From IMG/VR virus record IMGVR_UViG_2554235124_000002: 17,515 nt of DNA, one strand, 5' to 3'. The first letter of the stretch is position 1; the number at the start of each line of letters is the position of its first letter. The notes beneath the pieces were generated by a model. That model saw only the letters and a program-made list of their open reading frames with translations. It was not told the origin of the DNA and did no database searches. The position numbers and the translations under genes are program-made. Below are positions 1-10,809 of the stretch, one piece after another. Origin of the DNA: a virus. Taxonomy: Duplodnaviria > Heunggongvirae > Uroviricota > Caudoviricetes.

Positions 1-2467
<2,467 letters not shown>

Positions 2468-2486
2468 TCACGCTCCAGAAACGACA

Positions 2487-2506
2487 AAACCGCCCGGAGG
2501 CGGTTT
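2487..2506 (-). terminator. Terminator-like stem-loop in the I-J intercistronic gap (sense strand AAACCGCC-UCCG-GGCGGUUU followed by a U-rich run)
   Basis: Plus strand 2487-2506 is aaaccgcc cgga ggcggttt, a perfect 8 bp inverted repeat with a 4 nt loop. On the mRNA-sense (minus) strand it is followed by UUUUGUCGUUUCU. Function not established. Confidence 0.4.
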
Positions 2507-2524
2507 CACATAAAACGTTTTTCA

Positions 2525-3198
2525 TCAACGACCAATCACCACAACCTGACCACCGTCCCCCTCGTCTGCCGTGCTGATCTCCTGAGAAACCACCCGCGAC
2601 CCCACGCGCATTTCACCGTACAGAACGGGCAGAACATTGCCCTGGGCAACCATGTTATCCAGTGAGGAGAAATAGGTGTTCTGCTTACCGTTATCCGTAC
2701 TCTGCTGTACGTGGGAGTCCTAGCTTTCGGTGCCAACATCTGCGCCACACCACCAAGCACCATACTGGCACCGAGAGAAAACAGGATACCGGTCATACCA
2801 CCGGCCCCAATGGCTGCCCCCCATGCTGCAAGGGTGGCTCCGGCAGTAAAGAATGATCCGGCAATGGCGGCAGCCCCCAGAACAATCTGGAATACGCCCC
2901 CTGACTTGGCCCCGGCGACTCTGGGAACAATATGAATCACAGCGCCGTCAGGCAGAACCTCATGTAACTGCGCCGTCAACCCGGACGTGCTGACGTCCCG
3001 CCCGGCAATCCGTACCTGATACCAGCCGTCGCTCAGTTTCTGACGAAACGCCGGGAGCTGTGTGGCAAGCGCCCGGATGGCTTCAGCCCCCGTTTTCACA
3101 CGAAGGTCGATGCGGCGGCCAAATCGTTGCAAATCCCCGTAAAGGCAGATGCGTGCCATGCCCGGTGACGCCAGAGGGAGTGTGTGCGTCGCTGCCAT
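2525..3198 (-). pseudogene. I: Tail tip assembly protein I, reading frame disrupted by a frameshift near 2711-2712
   Basis: Track ORF 2536..3198 matches lambda gpI through ...VAQMLAPKARTP (about 162 aa), then reads a non-homologous tail. The lambda-like C-terminus DNGKQNTYFSSLDNMVAQGNV...ISTADEGDGGQVVVIGR-stop is intact in a different frame and ends at 2525, exactly 60 nt before J. The frame switch is about 2 nt after the Pro codon at 2713-2715. Confidence 0.75.
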
Positions 3199-3840
3199 TT
3201 GTCGGTATACCTCTCTCGTTTGCTCAGTTGTTCAGGAATATGGTGCAGCAGCTCGCCATCACCACAGTAAATGGCGGCATGATTCGGCACCGATGAACCA
3301 AAACAGCACAGCAGCACATCGCCCGGTTGTGCTGATGACAACGGCACCTGATACAGCCCTGTGGCCTCCAGATTATCCAGATAGAGATTCTGACCGTGAC
3401 GCCACCAGTCATCCCCGCGATGAAAATCCGGCATCTCAATCCCCGCCAGATGATAAGCATCCCGGAACAGCGTGTAACAGTCCGTCACCCCGTGCTCAAA
3501 GCGCCGCCCGGTAAGATGCGGCACACAGCGGAACTTATGAATCGTCACCCCGGCAGACCAGCCACCACGGCAAATCACTCTGCACCTGCAGCCGCCGGTC
3601 AGCCTCACTCAGCCAGGGCAGACCACCGGGGTGGCTGTGGACCAGCGCCACAATCTCACCCTGCATTTCTGCCCGCAGCCAGTCCTCCGGCGACATACGG
3701 AAATACGCCTCCGGCTCACCGGAGATATTCACGCAGGGAAAATATCTTTCCCCCTCCGGCGTGCTCACCACGAAGCCACACGACTCCGCTGGCGCACATC
3801 GCCGGGCGTGCGCCAGAATCGCTGATTCTGTCTGTGTCAT
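3096..3840 (-). pseudogene. K: Tail tip assembly protein K (N-terminal MPN/JAMM-like domain plus C-terminal NlpC/P60-like domain), split by a +1 frameshift near 3546
   Basis: Track ORF 3535..3840 (101 aa) is the lambda K N-terminal part, with the HSHPGG...SEAD JAMM-like motif, and ends ...PWWLVCRG then DDS-stop. Track ORF 3096..3608 in another frame carries the rest of K from TIHKFRCVPHL... to ...TFV. Read directly: sense CTG GTC TGC CGG GGT GAC GAT TCA TAA, where one extra nucleotide separates the CRG and TIHKF frames. Start is 5 nt after the L stop; the 3' end overlaps the I start by 103 nt, as in lambda. Confidence 0.75.
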
Positions 3841-3845
3841 GGGAT

Positions 3846-4544
3846 TTACTGCGAAAGTTTGTTAATGGAAAGGAAGCCGCCAAAGTTGCCGACGTTATTG
3901 CGGAACTTACAACCGCTCAGGCATTTGCTGCATTTATCCTTCGTGATATCGGACGTCGGCTGATCATATTCATCCGCGACAGCCGGACCGCGATAACCGC
4001 ACTCATCACCGCGATAGGTCCAGGTGCAGGTGTTGGCCAGCATGATACGTCCCGGAAAAACAGCGCCATCCGTTTCCGTCGGCGTGGACAGTACAAAAGA
4101 GGCACTCACCGCGCTCAGTTCGCTGCACTGCTCAATGCGCCAGCGGCTGATCACCTCCTGCTCCGGATCGGCATAACTGTTTCCGTTGACGAAGTTCACC
4201 GCATCCAGAAAACGGGCGTAAACCTTACGCCGGACCACCGTTCCGCCGACCAGACTCTGCAGATCTTCCGCCATCCCGGTGACCATACCGTACAGGTTAG
4301 AAACCGTCAGCGTGGGGCGCGTACTGGTGCCTTTGCCATTCAGTTCAAAACCACTCCCCTGAATGGGATACGGCTGATACTGTCGCCCCTGCCAGGTGAC
4401 CGGCTCACCTTTTTCGTTCTGCTCATTACAGAAAAAATAACGTTCTCCACCGACCTCTGTCAGATCGATTTCCCAGAGCACCACGCTGGCCGACTGCTCC
4501 GCACGGGTGCATTCATTCAGTGTTTCCTGCCGGATATCCTGCAT
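3846..4544 (-). CDS. L: Tail tip assembly protein L (C-terminal cysteine cluster)
   Basis: Track ORF of 232 aa, same length as lambda gpL; sequence MQDIRQETLNECTRAEQSASVVLWEIDLTEVGGERYFF... Start overlaps the M stop by 1 nt, as in lambda. Confidence 0.93.
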   Translation of the reverse strand: MQDIRQETLNECTRAEQSASVVLWEIDLTEVGGERYFFCNEQNEKGEPVTWQGRQYQPYPIQGSGFELNGKGTSTRPTLTVSNLYGMVTGMAEDLQSLVGGTVVRRKVYARFLDAVNFVNGNSYADPEQEVISRWRIEQCSELSAVSASFVLSTPTETDGAVFPGRIMLANTCTWTYRGDECGYRGPAVADEYDQPTSDITKDKCSKCLSGCKFRNNVGNFGGFLSINKLSQ

Positions 4545-4873
4545 CAGTTCACCACCTGTTCAAACTCTGCGCTGAACTCAACACGCAACATACTGACCCG
4601 CGACGACCATTTTGCGCAGGTCACCTTTATCTGCCGCCACCCATAAGGCGGCGTCCACAGAAAGGACTTCCAGCCCCCGTGCTCAGCCAGAAACGACTCC
4701 AGCACCGTGGCCTCCTCACGGGAGACAGAAAGCGTCACGCTGTACGTTTTCAGGTCAGCATTCAGCCCGGCAGGCGCACGCTGAGAATAGCCATCACCAA
4801 AGCGCACCTCCCTGACAGAAGGAACCGAAGCCACATCCATACCGGGTTTCACTTTCCAGCGGAAGGTCTTCAT
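4544..4873 (-). CDS. M: Tail tip protein M
   Basis: Track ORF of 109 aa, MKTFRWKVKPGMDVASVPSVREVRFGDGYSQRAPAGLNADLKTYSVTL..., matching lambda gpM in length and sequence; 4 nt overlap with the H stop. Confidence 0.93.
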   Translation of the reverse strand: MKTFRWKVKPGMDVASVPSVREVRFGDGYSQRAPAGLNADLKTYSVTLSVSREEATVLESFLAEHGGWKSFLWTPPYGWRQIKVTCAKWSSRVSMLRVEFSAEFEQVVN

Positions 4874-7431
4874 CGTCCACCTCCGGAGAACAGACCACCA
4901 TCACGCATCTGTGCCTGAATTTCATCACGGGCACCCTTGCGGGCCATGTCATACACCGCCTTCAGAGCAGCCGGACCTATCTGCCCGTTCGTGCCGTCGT
5001 TGTTAATCACCACATGGTTATTCTGCTCAAACGTCCCGGACGCCTGCGACCGGCTGTCTGCCATGCTGCCCGGTGTACCGACATAACCGCCGGTGGCATA
5101 GCCGCGCATCAGCCGGTAAAGATTCCCCACGCCAATCCGGCTGGTTGCCTCCTTTGTGAAGACAAATTCACCACGGTGAACAATCCCCGCTGGCTCATAT
5201 TTGCCGCCGGTTCCCGTAAATCCTCCGGTTGCAAAATGGAATTTCGCCGCAGCGGCCTGAATGGCTGTACCGCCTGACGCGGATGCGCCGCCACCAACAG
5301 CCCCGCCAATGGCGCTGCCGATACTCCCGACAATCCCCACCATTGCCTGCTTAAGCAGAATTTCTGTCATCATGGACAGCACGGAACGGGTGAAGCTGCG
5401 CCAGTTCTGCTCACTGCCGGTCAGCATCGCCGCCATATTCTGCGCAATACCATCAAAGGTCTGCGCGGCTGCACTTTTAACCTGCGACATACTGTCCGTG
5501 GCGCTCTCTTCCCACTCACTCCAGCCGGACTTCAGGCCTGCCATCCAGCTCCCGCGAAGCTGGTCTTCAGCCGCCCAGGTCTTTTTCTGCTCTGACATGA
5601 CGTTATTCAGCGCCAGAGGATTATCGCCATACTGTTCCTTCAGGCGCTGTTCCGTGGCTTCCCGCGCTGCCTGCCGGTCAGTCAGCCCCCGGCTTTTCGC
5701 ATCAATGGCGGCCCGTTTTGCCCGTTGCTGCTGTGCGAATTTATCCGCCTGCTGCGCCAGCGCGTTCAGGCGCTCCTGATACGTAACCTTGTCGCCAAGT
5801 GCAGCCAGCTGGCGTTTGTACTCCAGCGTCTCATCTTTATGCGCCAGCAGGGATTTCTCCTGTGCAGACAGCTGGCGACGTTGCGCCGCCTCCTCCAGTA
5901 CCGCGAACTGACTCTCCGCCTTCCACAAATCCCGGCGCTGCTGGCTGATTTTCTCATTTGCTCCGGCATGCTTCTCCAGCGTCCGGAGTTCAGCCTGAAG
6001 CGTCAGCAGGGCAGCATGAGCACTGTCTTCCTGACGATCGCCCGCAGACACCTTCACGCCGGACTGCTTCGGCTTTTTCAGCGTCGCTTCATAGTCCTTT
6101 TTCGCCGCCGCCATCAGCGTGTTGTAATCTGCCTGCAGAATTTTCCCGTCCTTCAGGGCCTTATTCAGTTCTTCCTGACGGGCGGCATATTTCTCCAGCG
6201 GCGTCTGCAGCCGTTCGTAAGCCTTCTGCGCCTCTTCGGTATATTTCAGCCGTGACGCTTCAGTATCGCTCTGCTGCTGCGCATTTGTGTCCTGTTGACT
6301 CTGCTGTTCAGCCTTCTTTCGCGCGGCTTCAAGCGCAAGACGGGCCTTTTCACGATCATCCCAGTAACGCGCCCGCGCTTCATCGTTAACAAAATAATCA
6401 TCCTTGCGCAGACTCCAGATGTCGTCCGCTTTCTTAAACGCAGCCTCTGCCTTAATCAGCATCTCCTGCGCGGTATCAGGACGACCAATATCCAGCACCG
6501 CATCCCACATGGATTTGAATGCCCGCGCAGTCCTGTCTGCCCAGGTCTCCAGCGTACCCATGTTCTCTTTCAGGCGGCGGGTCTGGTCATCAAACCCTTT
6601 CGTCGCGGCCTCGTTCGCCGCCTGCAATGCCCCGGCTTCATCGCCGGAACGCTGCAACTGAGCAACATACGCAATCTGCTCCGCCGTCACGTTATGGAAC
6701 TGGCGTGCCATCGCCGTCAACCCCGACGTCGGGTCTGTGGTCAGCTTCCCGAAGGCTTCAGCGACCTTGTCCACCTCCACACCGGATGCAGAGGAGAAAC
6801 GCGCCACACTCTGGCTGATGGACGCAATCTGAGCCTCACCGCTTACCCCCGCCTTAACCAGTGCGCTGAGTGACTCGCTGGTCTGGTTAAACGTCAGCCC
6901 AGCCGCCTGCCCGGCTCTGGACAGGACCAGCATACGATCTGCCGTCAGACCCGACTGATTGCCGGAAAGGACCAGCGTTTTGTTGAAATCGGACAGGGTT
7001 GAGTTGCCCTGATACCAGGCATACGCCAGCGCACCGGTCGCCACCGCCAGCGAGGTGGCCCCGACCATCGGCAGGGTGATCGCACCGGCAAGCCCCCTGA
7101 ACATGGGGATCATCCCGCCGAAGGAGTCCTTCACCTGACCACCCTGTTGCAGCAGGATCAGCCACGGACTTTGCCCGCCTGCAAGCTGCGTGGCCACGTC
7201 GGTGAACTGTGCAGGCAGCATACGCATGGCGGCTTTATACTGCCCGACGGAAATCCCCGCTTTCTGTGCAGCCAGCGCCTGCCGGCTCAGCGACTGTTCA
7301 ACGACTGCCGCTGTTTTTTTCGCATCACTTTCCGTACCGGAAAAATGACGCCTGACTCTGGCCATCTGCTCGTCAAATCTGGCCGCATCCAGACTCAAAT
7401 CAACGACCAGATCGCCTACCGGTTCAGCCAT
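4870..7431 (-). CDS. H: Tail tape measure protein H
   Basis: Track ORF of 853 aa, identical in length to lambda gpH; coiled-coil-rich centre and Gly-rich C-terminal region; start overlaps the T stop by 8 nt, as in lambda. Confidence 0.95.
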   Translation of the reverse strand: MAEPVGDLVVDLSLDAARFDEQMARVRRHFSGTESDAKKTAAVVEQSLSRQALAAQKAGISVGQYKAAMRMLPAQFTDVATQLAGGQSPWLILLQQGGQVKDSFGGMIPMFRGLAGAITLPMVGATSLAVATGALAYAWYQGNSTLSDFNKTLVLSGNQSGLTADRMLVLSRAGQAAGLTFNQTSESLSALVKAGVSGEAQIASISQSVARFSSASGVEVDKVAEAFGKLTTDPTSGLTAMARQFHNVTAEQIAYVAQLQRSGDEAGALQAANEAATKGFDDQTRRLKENMGTLETWADRTARAFKSMWDAVLDIGRPDTAQEMLIKAEAAFKKADDIWSLRKDDYFVNDEARARYWDDREKARLALEAARKKAEQQSQQDTNAQQQSDTEASRLKYTEEAQKAYERLQTPLEKYAARQEELNKALKDGKILQADYNTLMAAAKKDYEATLKKPKQSGVKVSAGDRQEDSAHAALLTLQAELRTLEKHAGANEKISQQRRDLWKAESQFAVLEEAAQRRQLSAQEKSLLAHKDETLEYKRQLAALGDKVTYQERLNALAQQADKFAQQQRAKRAAIDAKSRGLTDRQAAREATEQRLKEQYGDNPLALNNVMSEQKKTWAAEDQLRGSWMAGLKSGWSEWEESATDSMSQVKSAAAQTFDGIAQNMAAMLTGSEQNWRSFTRSVLSMMTEILLKQAMVGIVGSIGSAIGGAVGGGASASGGTAIQAAAAKFHFATGGFTGTGGKYEPAGIVHRGEFVFTKEATSRIGVGNLYRLMRGYATGGYVGTPGSMADSRSQASGTFEQNNHVVINNDGTNGQIGPAALKAVYDMARKGARDEIQAQMRDGGLFSGGGR

Positions 7432-8262
7432 ACCTGACTCCTCCTGCGATCCCTTCTGATACTGTCATCAGCATTACGTCATCCTCCGTCATGTCCGCCA
7501 CATCCGGGGAAGCGGGGATAACTTCATTCCCGTCCGGGCCAAAGCGGACACCTCCGGCAAGCCCTGCCGCTTTCTGCATCAGCACATCATCTTCAGGCTC
7601 TTCATCAGCCTCGCGCCGGTTCAGCAGACTGAAATCCAGCGGATGCATATCCGGATCGCTGAAAAACAGGCTGAGTACGGTGTACGTCAGCCCGGAAAAG
7701 TGCATATCCAGCAGAACATCATGAAAATAATGGGTACTGTAAAAGCGGTGCCAGTCGGCATACTCCGTGGATGACATCCCGGCAAGCATGGCGCGCCAGT
7801 CGGGTCGCCCCATCTCACGCGCCAGTTTCAGGGCAAAACTCAGCTCACCGTCGAACACTTTCCCGCAGAAACAGGCTCTGCAGGCCCGGCGTCCTCTGCC
7901 TGTTCGGGGGCATTATTCACCACAAACTCATACATACCGGACAGCCGGTACACCACGTTTTCAGCATGAGAAATTGCCTCTGTGGGCCAGGTGGTAAGCA
8001 CTTCCTGCTCAATCTGTTTAACGGCTTCATTCATGGAAGGCAGCTGCGTCTTCTTCGGATGGTTATGCCACAGGGACATCGCCACCAGAAACGCGCCGGT
8101 TCTGATGACGTCTTCCACAGTAAACTGCCGGTTGCTGTCGGACCCCGCCGGTTCTGCCTGCCGTTTCATCAGGGCAAGATGCTCAATACGCTGCAGGGCT
8201 GACAGTTCAGAAAGCGTGACGGTCACACCGTTATATTCAAATGATTCGGTTTTCAGGAACAT
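7424..8262 (-). CDS. T: Tail assembly chaperone G-T fusion, made by programmed -1 ribosomal frameshift from G into the T frame
   Basis: T-frame ORF 7424..7858 (144 aa, no independent start context) overlaps the 3' end of G; slippery heptamer G GGA AAG sits at the junction. Classic lambda G/G-T arrangement. Confidence 0.85.
7840..8262 (-). CDS. G: Tail assembly chaperone G
   Basis: Track ORF of 140 aa, MFLKTESFEYNGVTVTLSELSALQRIEHLALMKRQAEP..., ending ...AGKCSTVS; same length as lambda gpG; 15 nt gap after V, as in lambda. Confidence 0.95.
   Translation of the reverse strand: MFLKTESFEYNGVTVTLSELSALQRIEHLALMKRQAEPAGSDSNRQFTVEDVIRTGAFLVAMSLWHNHPKKTQLPSMNEAVKQIEQEVLTTWPTEAISHAENVVYRLSGMYEFVVNNAPEQAEDAGPAEPVSAGKCSTVS
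7858..7864 (-). other. Programmed -1 frameshift slippery heptamer GGGAAAG (G GGA AAG in the G frame)
   Basis: Plus 7856-7864 is cactttccc, so the sense strand reads GGGAAAGTG. In the G frame it is GCG GGA AAG TGT..., in the -1 frame GGG AAA GTG TTC GAC... = the T-frame sequence (track shows MFDGELSF). Confidence 0.85.
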
Positions 8263-8277
8263 CGCTGACTCTCCGGA

Positions 8278-9018
8278 TTAACTGGCGGTGACGGTGATTT
8301 CTGCAACCGCAGCAAACTCACCATTACCAGATACAACCGGAATGTTGACCTTGCCTGCAGCAACACCGTTCACGGTGATGGTCATACCACTGACCGACAC
8401 GGTGGCTTTTGTTTTATCCGCAGACACCGCACGGAAGCTCTTGTCGGTTGCGCCCTCCGGCTGGAATGCCACGGTCAGCGTGGTGCTCTGCCCTTTCACT
8501 ACGGAAGCACTGGCGGGTGTCACCGTCATGCCGGTTGTCGCCGTCACCGTGCTGCGATCTTCTGCCATCGACGGACGTCCCACATTGGTGACCTTCACCG
8601 TGCGGGTAATCACTTCCTTCGCCGTCACCGCCTTACCGATACTGCTGACCCAGCCACGGAACACATCGACCGTGCCGTTCGGGAAGCGGATTTTATAGGC
8701 ACGGGTATCACCTTCATTAAACCACGCCAGCAGCGCCTGCTGCCCCTGCTCTCCGGGCATCCACGCCAGCGTGAAGCTGGTATCTCCGGCAGATTTCTGC
8801 CCCTGCCCGGTCGCAGTCCAGTCCGCATCTTCATCATCGAGATAGCTGTCGTCATAGGACTCAGCGCTCAGTTCGCCGGGCGTCAGGTCTTTAACTTTAG
8901 CCAGACGCGACCAGTCAACGTCTGAAAGCGGATTCGCATAAGGGTCACCGCTCCCCTTATAAACCCACAGGGTGGTCCCGGCACCTTTCACCGGCATTAC
9001 AGGATTTGGTACAGGCAT
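8278..9018 (-). CDS. V: Major tail tube protein V with C-terminal Ig-like (Big_2-type) domain
   Basis: Track ORF 8278..9048 (256 aa); homology to lambda gpV begins at the internal Met [30 protein letters not shown]..., giving 246 aa as in lambda and a 7 nt gap after U. C-terminal ~80 aa are rich in T/V/S, typical of the gpV Ig-like domain. Confidence 0.9.
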   Translation of the reverse strand: MPVPNPVMPVKGAGTTLWVYKGSGDPYANPLSDVDWSRLAKVKDLTPGELSAESYDDSYLDDEDADWTATGQGQKSAGDTSFTLAWMPGEQGQQALLAWFNEGDTRAYKIRFPNGTVDVFRGWVSSIGKAVTAKEVITRTVKVTNVGRPSMAEDRSTVTATTGMTVTPASASVVKGQSTTLTVAFQPEGATDKSFRAVSADKTKATVSVSGMTITVNGVAAGKVNIPVVSGNGEFAAVAEITVTAS

Positions 9019-9025
9019 AGCGTCC

Positions 9026-9421
9026 TCACATTTCATAGGTAATGACATAAGTCAGATCGGCTGAACTCCACAGGCCCGCATCATCGTCGCGCCGGTAGTC
9101 ATAGCCACTGGCCACCATACTGGTGATCAAATCTGACAGTGCCGGGACATCACTCATCACCGGATAAATCCGGGACTCCATCCACGAATCCAGCTCTGAA
9201 TCCGGCACCTGAGCAGGCAGGAAAACTTCAATATGCAGCTCCGCCTGCCAGGTATCGCTGTCCAGCTCTTCGCCCGTGTATTCAGCGCCGGTGAGATAAA
9301 CGGCAACTGCCGGAAAATCCGCCTCATCAAAAACAGCGGGGCGACCATCAAAAAACGTCGCCCCGGTGTCATGCTTCTCCAGTGCATCCAGTACGGCTGC
9401 ACGGAGTTCAGTATGTTTCAT
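9026..9421 (-). CDS. U: Tail terminator protein U
   Basis: Track ORF of 131 aa, [43 protein letters not shown]..., lambda gpU length and sequence; 4 nt overlap with the Z stop. Confidence 0.95.
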   Translation of the reverse strand: MKHTELRAAVLDALEKHDTGATFFDGRPAVFDEADFPAVAVYLTGAEYTGEELDSDTWQAELHIEVFLPAQVPDSELDSWMESRIYPVMSDVPALSDLITSMVASGYDYRRDDDAGLWSSADLTYVITYEM

Positions 9422-9996
9422 CGCTTTATTACCATCCTCAGTTGATGCTGCAGCGCATAGCCCAGCTCTTTCGGAAGACGTTCACGCCGTATCCGCTCAA
9501 TATTCTGTTTAAACGCCGTGGTAAGCGGCACCGCCATCGGGATTTTCACCACATCAATGGGGTAACGGTTTTTCCCGGCCACACGCTGCATGACATGCCA
9601 CCGGCCATTTTTCAGTTGCTGAATAAACGCGCCGGGAATACGACGGTTTCCCACCACAAGCACGCTGCCGCCACCTTTCAGGGATGAACGCTGCCCCTTT
9701 TTACGACGCCTGCGTCGGGACAGGACAACCCGCGCGTTACCCAGCCTGATTACGGGCAAATCCCCCCGGTTAACCTTGATTCTGGCCTGCGGATTTTTGA
9801 CCGTGGCCCTTTTCAGCCTGGCCCTTTCCTTTACCAGTTTCCGGCGTACCTTTGTCTCACGGGCAACCTGTGACGCCGACTGCGATATCGCGGATGAAGC
9901 AACGCGGTTAATGGCCATTGCGGCGGCACCGGGCACCGCCGTTCTGCTGATACGGCTGAGGTTTTCAACGGCCTGCTCAAGACCTTTTATGGCCAT
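9418..9996 (-). CDS. Z: Tail completion protein Z
   Basis: Track ORF of 192 aa, MAIKGLEQAVENLSRISRTAVPGAAAMAINRVASSAISQ..., lambda gpZ length and sequence. Confidence 0.95.
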   Translation of the reverse strand: MAIKGLEQAVENLSRISRTAVPGAAAMAINRVASSAISQSASQVARETKVRRKLVKERARLKRATVKNPQARIKVNRGDLPVIRLGNARVVLSRRRRRKKGQRSSLKGGGSVLVVGNRRIPGAFIQQLKNGRWHVMQRVAGKNRYPIDVVKIPMAVPLTTAFKQNIERIRRERLPKELGYALQHQLRMVIKR

Positions 9997-10007
9997 ACAT
10001 CCCCCTT

Positions 10008-10361
10008 TCAGCGGCGACGGTTAACGGCAGGCGGTACGCCCCGCCCAAGCCAGAGATGACAGCTTCCGCCATCATCCGGCGAAACCCGGTCTATCCAGAA
10101 GTTTTCCTCACCGATGGTCAGCGTGTCGCCACGCCGCAGCTGCCGCACATCATCAGTCCGGACAAACAGGGACGGGCTGGAGCCTTCAACGCGCACGCCC
10201 TGTCCGGCATAGCTGATATTTTCAGGGTCATCAAAAACACCACGTATTACTGCGCCGGACTGCTCACCGGATGTCATGGTGGCTGACGTTCCCATGTACC
10301 CGCGTATCGTTTCATCGGCGCGGGCAATGGCAGCATCGAACAGGTTATCGAAATCAGCCAC
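10008..10361 (-). CDS. FII: Head-tail joining protein FII
   Basis: Track ORF of 117 aa, MADFDNLFDAAIARADETIRGYMGTSATMTSGEQSGAVIRGVFDDPENISYAG..., lambda gpFII length and sequence; 11 nt gaps on both sides, as in lambda. Confidence 0.95.
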   Translation of the reverse strand: MADFDNLFDAAIARADETIRGYMGTSATMTSGEQSGAVIRGVFDDPENISYAGQGVRVEGSSPSLFVRTDDVRQLRRGDTLTIGEENFWIDRVSPDDGGSCHLWLGRGVPPAVNRRR

Positions 10362-10372
10362 AGCGCCTCCCG

Positions 10373-10768
10373 TTATTGCATTCTGGCCAGGCCACGCTCT
10401 GTCATTTCAGCTGCCACACCGGCAGAGACACGAAACGCCGTTCCCGGCAGCACAAATGCCACAGCCTCATCCCGCGTGGCGTGAAGTGCATCAGTATGCA
10501 GCGTCACCAGTGCCACAACCGTGACCAGAGCAGCCGTATCAGTCACGGTATCCGGCTGCGCTGATACCACCTCATTTTCATGTCCGGTCAGCGCATTTTC
10601 CGGGCTGACAGACGTGTCCTGACCGGCAGCGTCATCCGTGTCATCAAGCTCCTCTTCCAGCTCTGCCACACGGAGCGCCAGTTCTTCTTTCGTCCCCGTC
10701 AGGCTGACATCACGGTTCAGTTGCTCACCCAGCGACCGGAGACGGGCAATCAGTTCATCTTTCGTCAT
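10373..10768 (-). CDS. FI: DNA packaging protein FI
   Basis: Track ORF 10373..10807 (144 aa); lambda gpFI homology starts at the internal Met MTKDELIARLRSLGEQLNRDVSLTGTKEELALRVAELEEELDD... The ATG at 10766-10768 is preceded by GGAGGAG and gives a 41 nt gap after E, as in lambda. Confidence 0.88.
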   Translation of the reverse strand: MTKDELIARLRSLGEQLNRDVSLTGTKEELALRVAELEEELDDTDDAAGQDTSVSPENALTGHENEVVSAQPDTVTDTAALVTVVALVTLHTDALHATRDEAVAFVLPGTAFRVSAGVAAEMTERGLARMQ

Positions 10769-10789
10769 GGACTCCTCCACAGAGAGAAA

Positions 10790-10807
10790 ATGGCCCCGAA
10801 GGGCCAT
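10790..10807 (-). terminator. Stem-loop immediately after the E stop: 7 bp stem AUGGCCC/GGGCCAU with a C(UUCG)G tetraloop, followed by UUUCUCUCU
   Basis: Plus 10790-10807 is atggccc cgaa gggccat, a perfect 7 bp inverted repeat with a 4 nt loop. On the sense (minus) strand the loop is UUCG closed by C-G; a U/C-rich run follows, then the FI Shine-Dalgarno and start. Confidence 0.45.
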
Positions 10808-10809
10808 GA

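Noticed and set aside
3535-3608. Possibility that the K split is a programmed (recoding) frameshift like G-T
   Set aside because: The shift needed is +1, there is no slippery heptamer at the junction, and lambda (from memory) encodes K as a single continuous ORF; an indel mutation or error is the simpler explanation.
3396-4646. 416 aa plus-strand ORF
   Set aside because: Antisense to K and L; composition-driven open frame, low-complexity translation.
5014-6873. Several plus-strand ORFs of 85-192 aa across the H region (for example 5261..5779, 5725..6255, 6295..6873)
   Set aside because: All antisense to the tape measure gene H, whose biased coding sequence keeps reverse frames open; no homology or translation signals noted.
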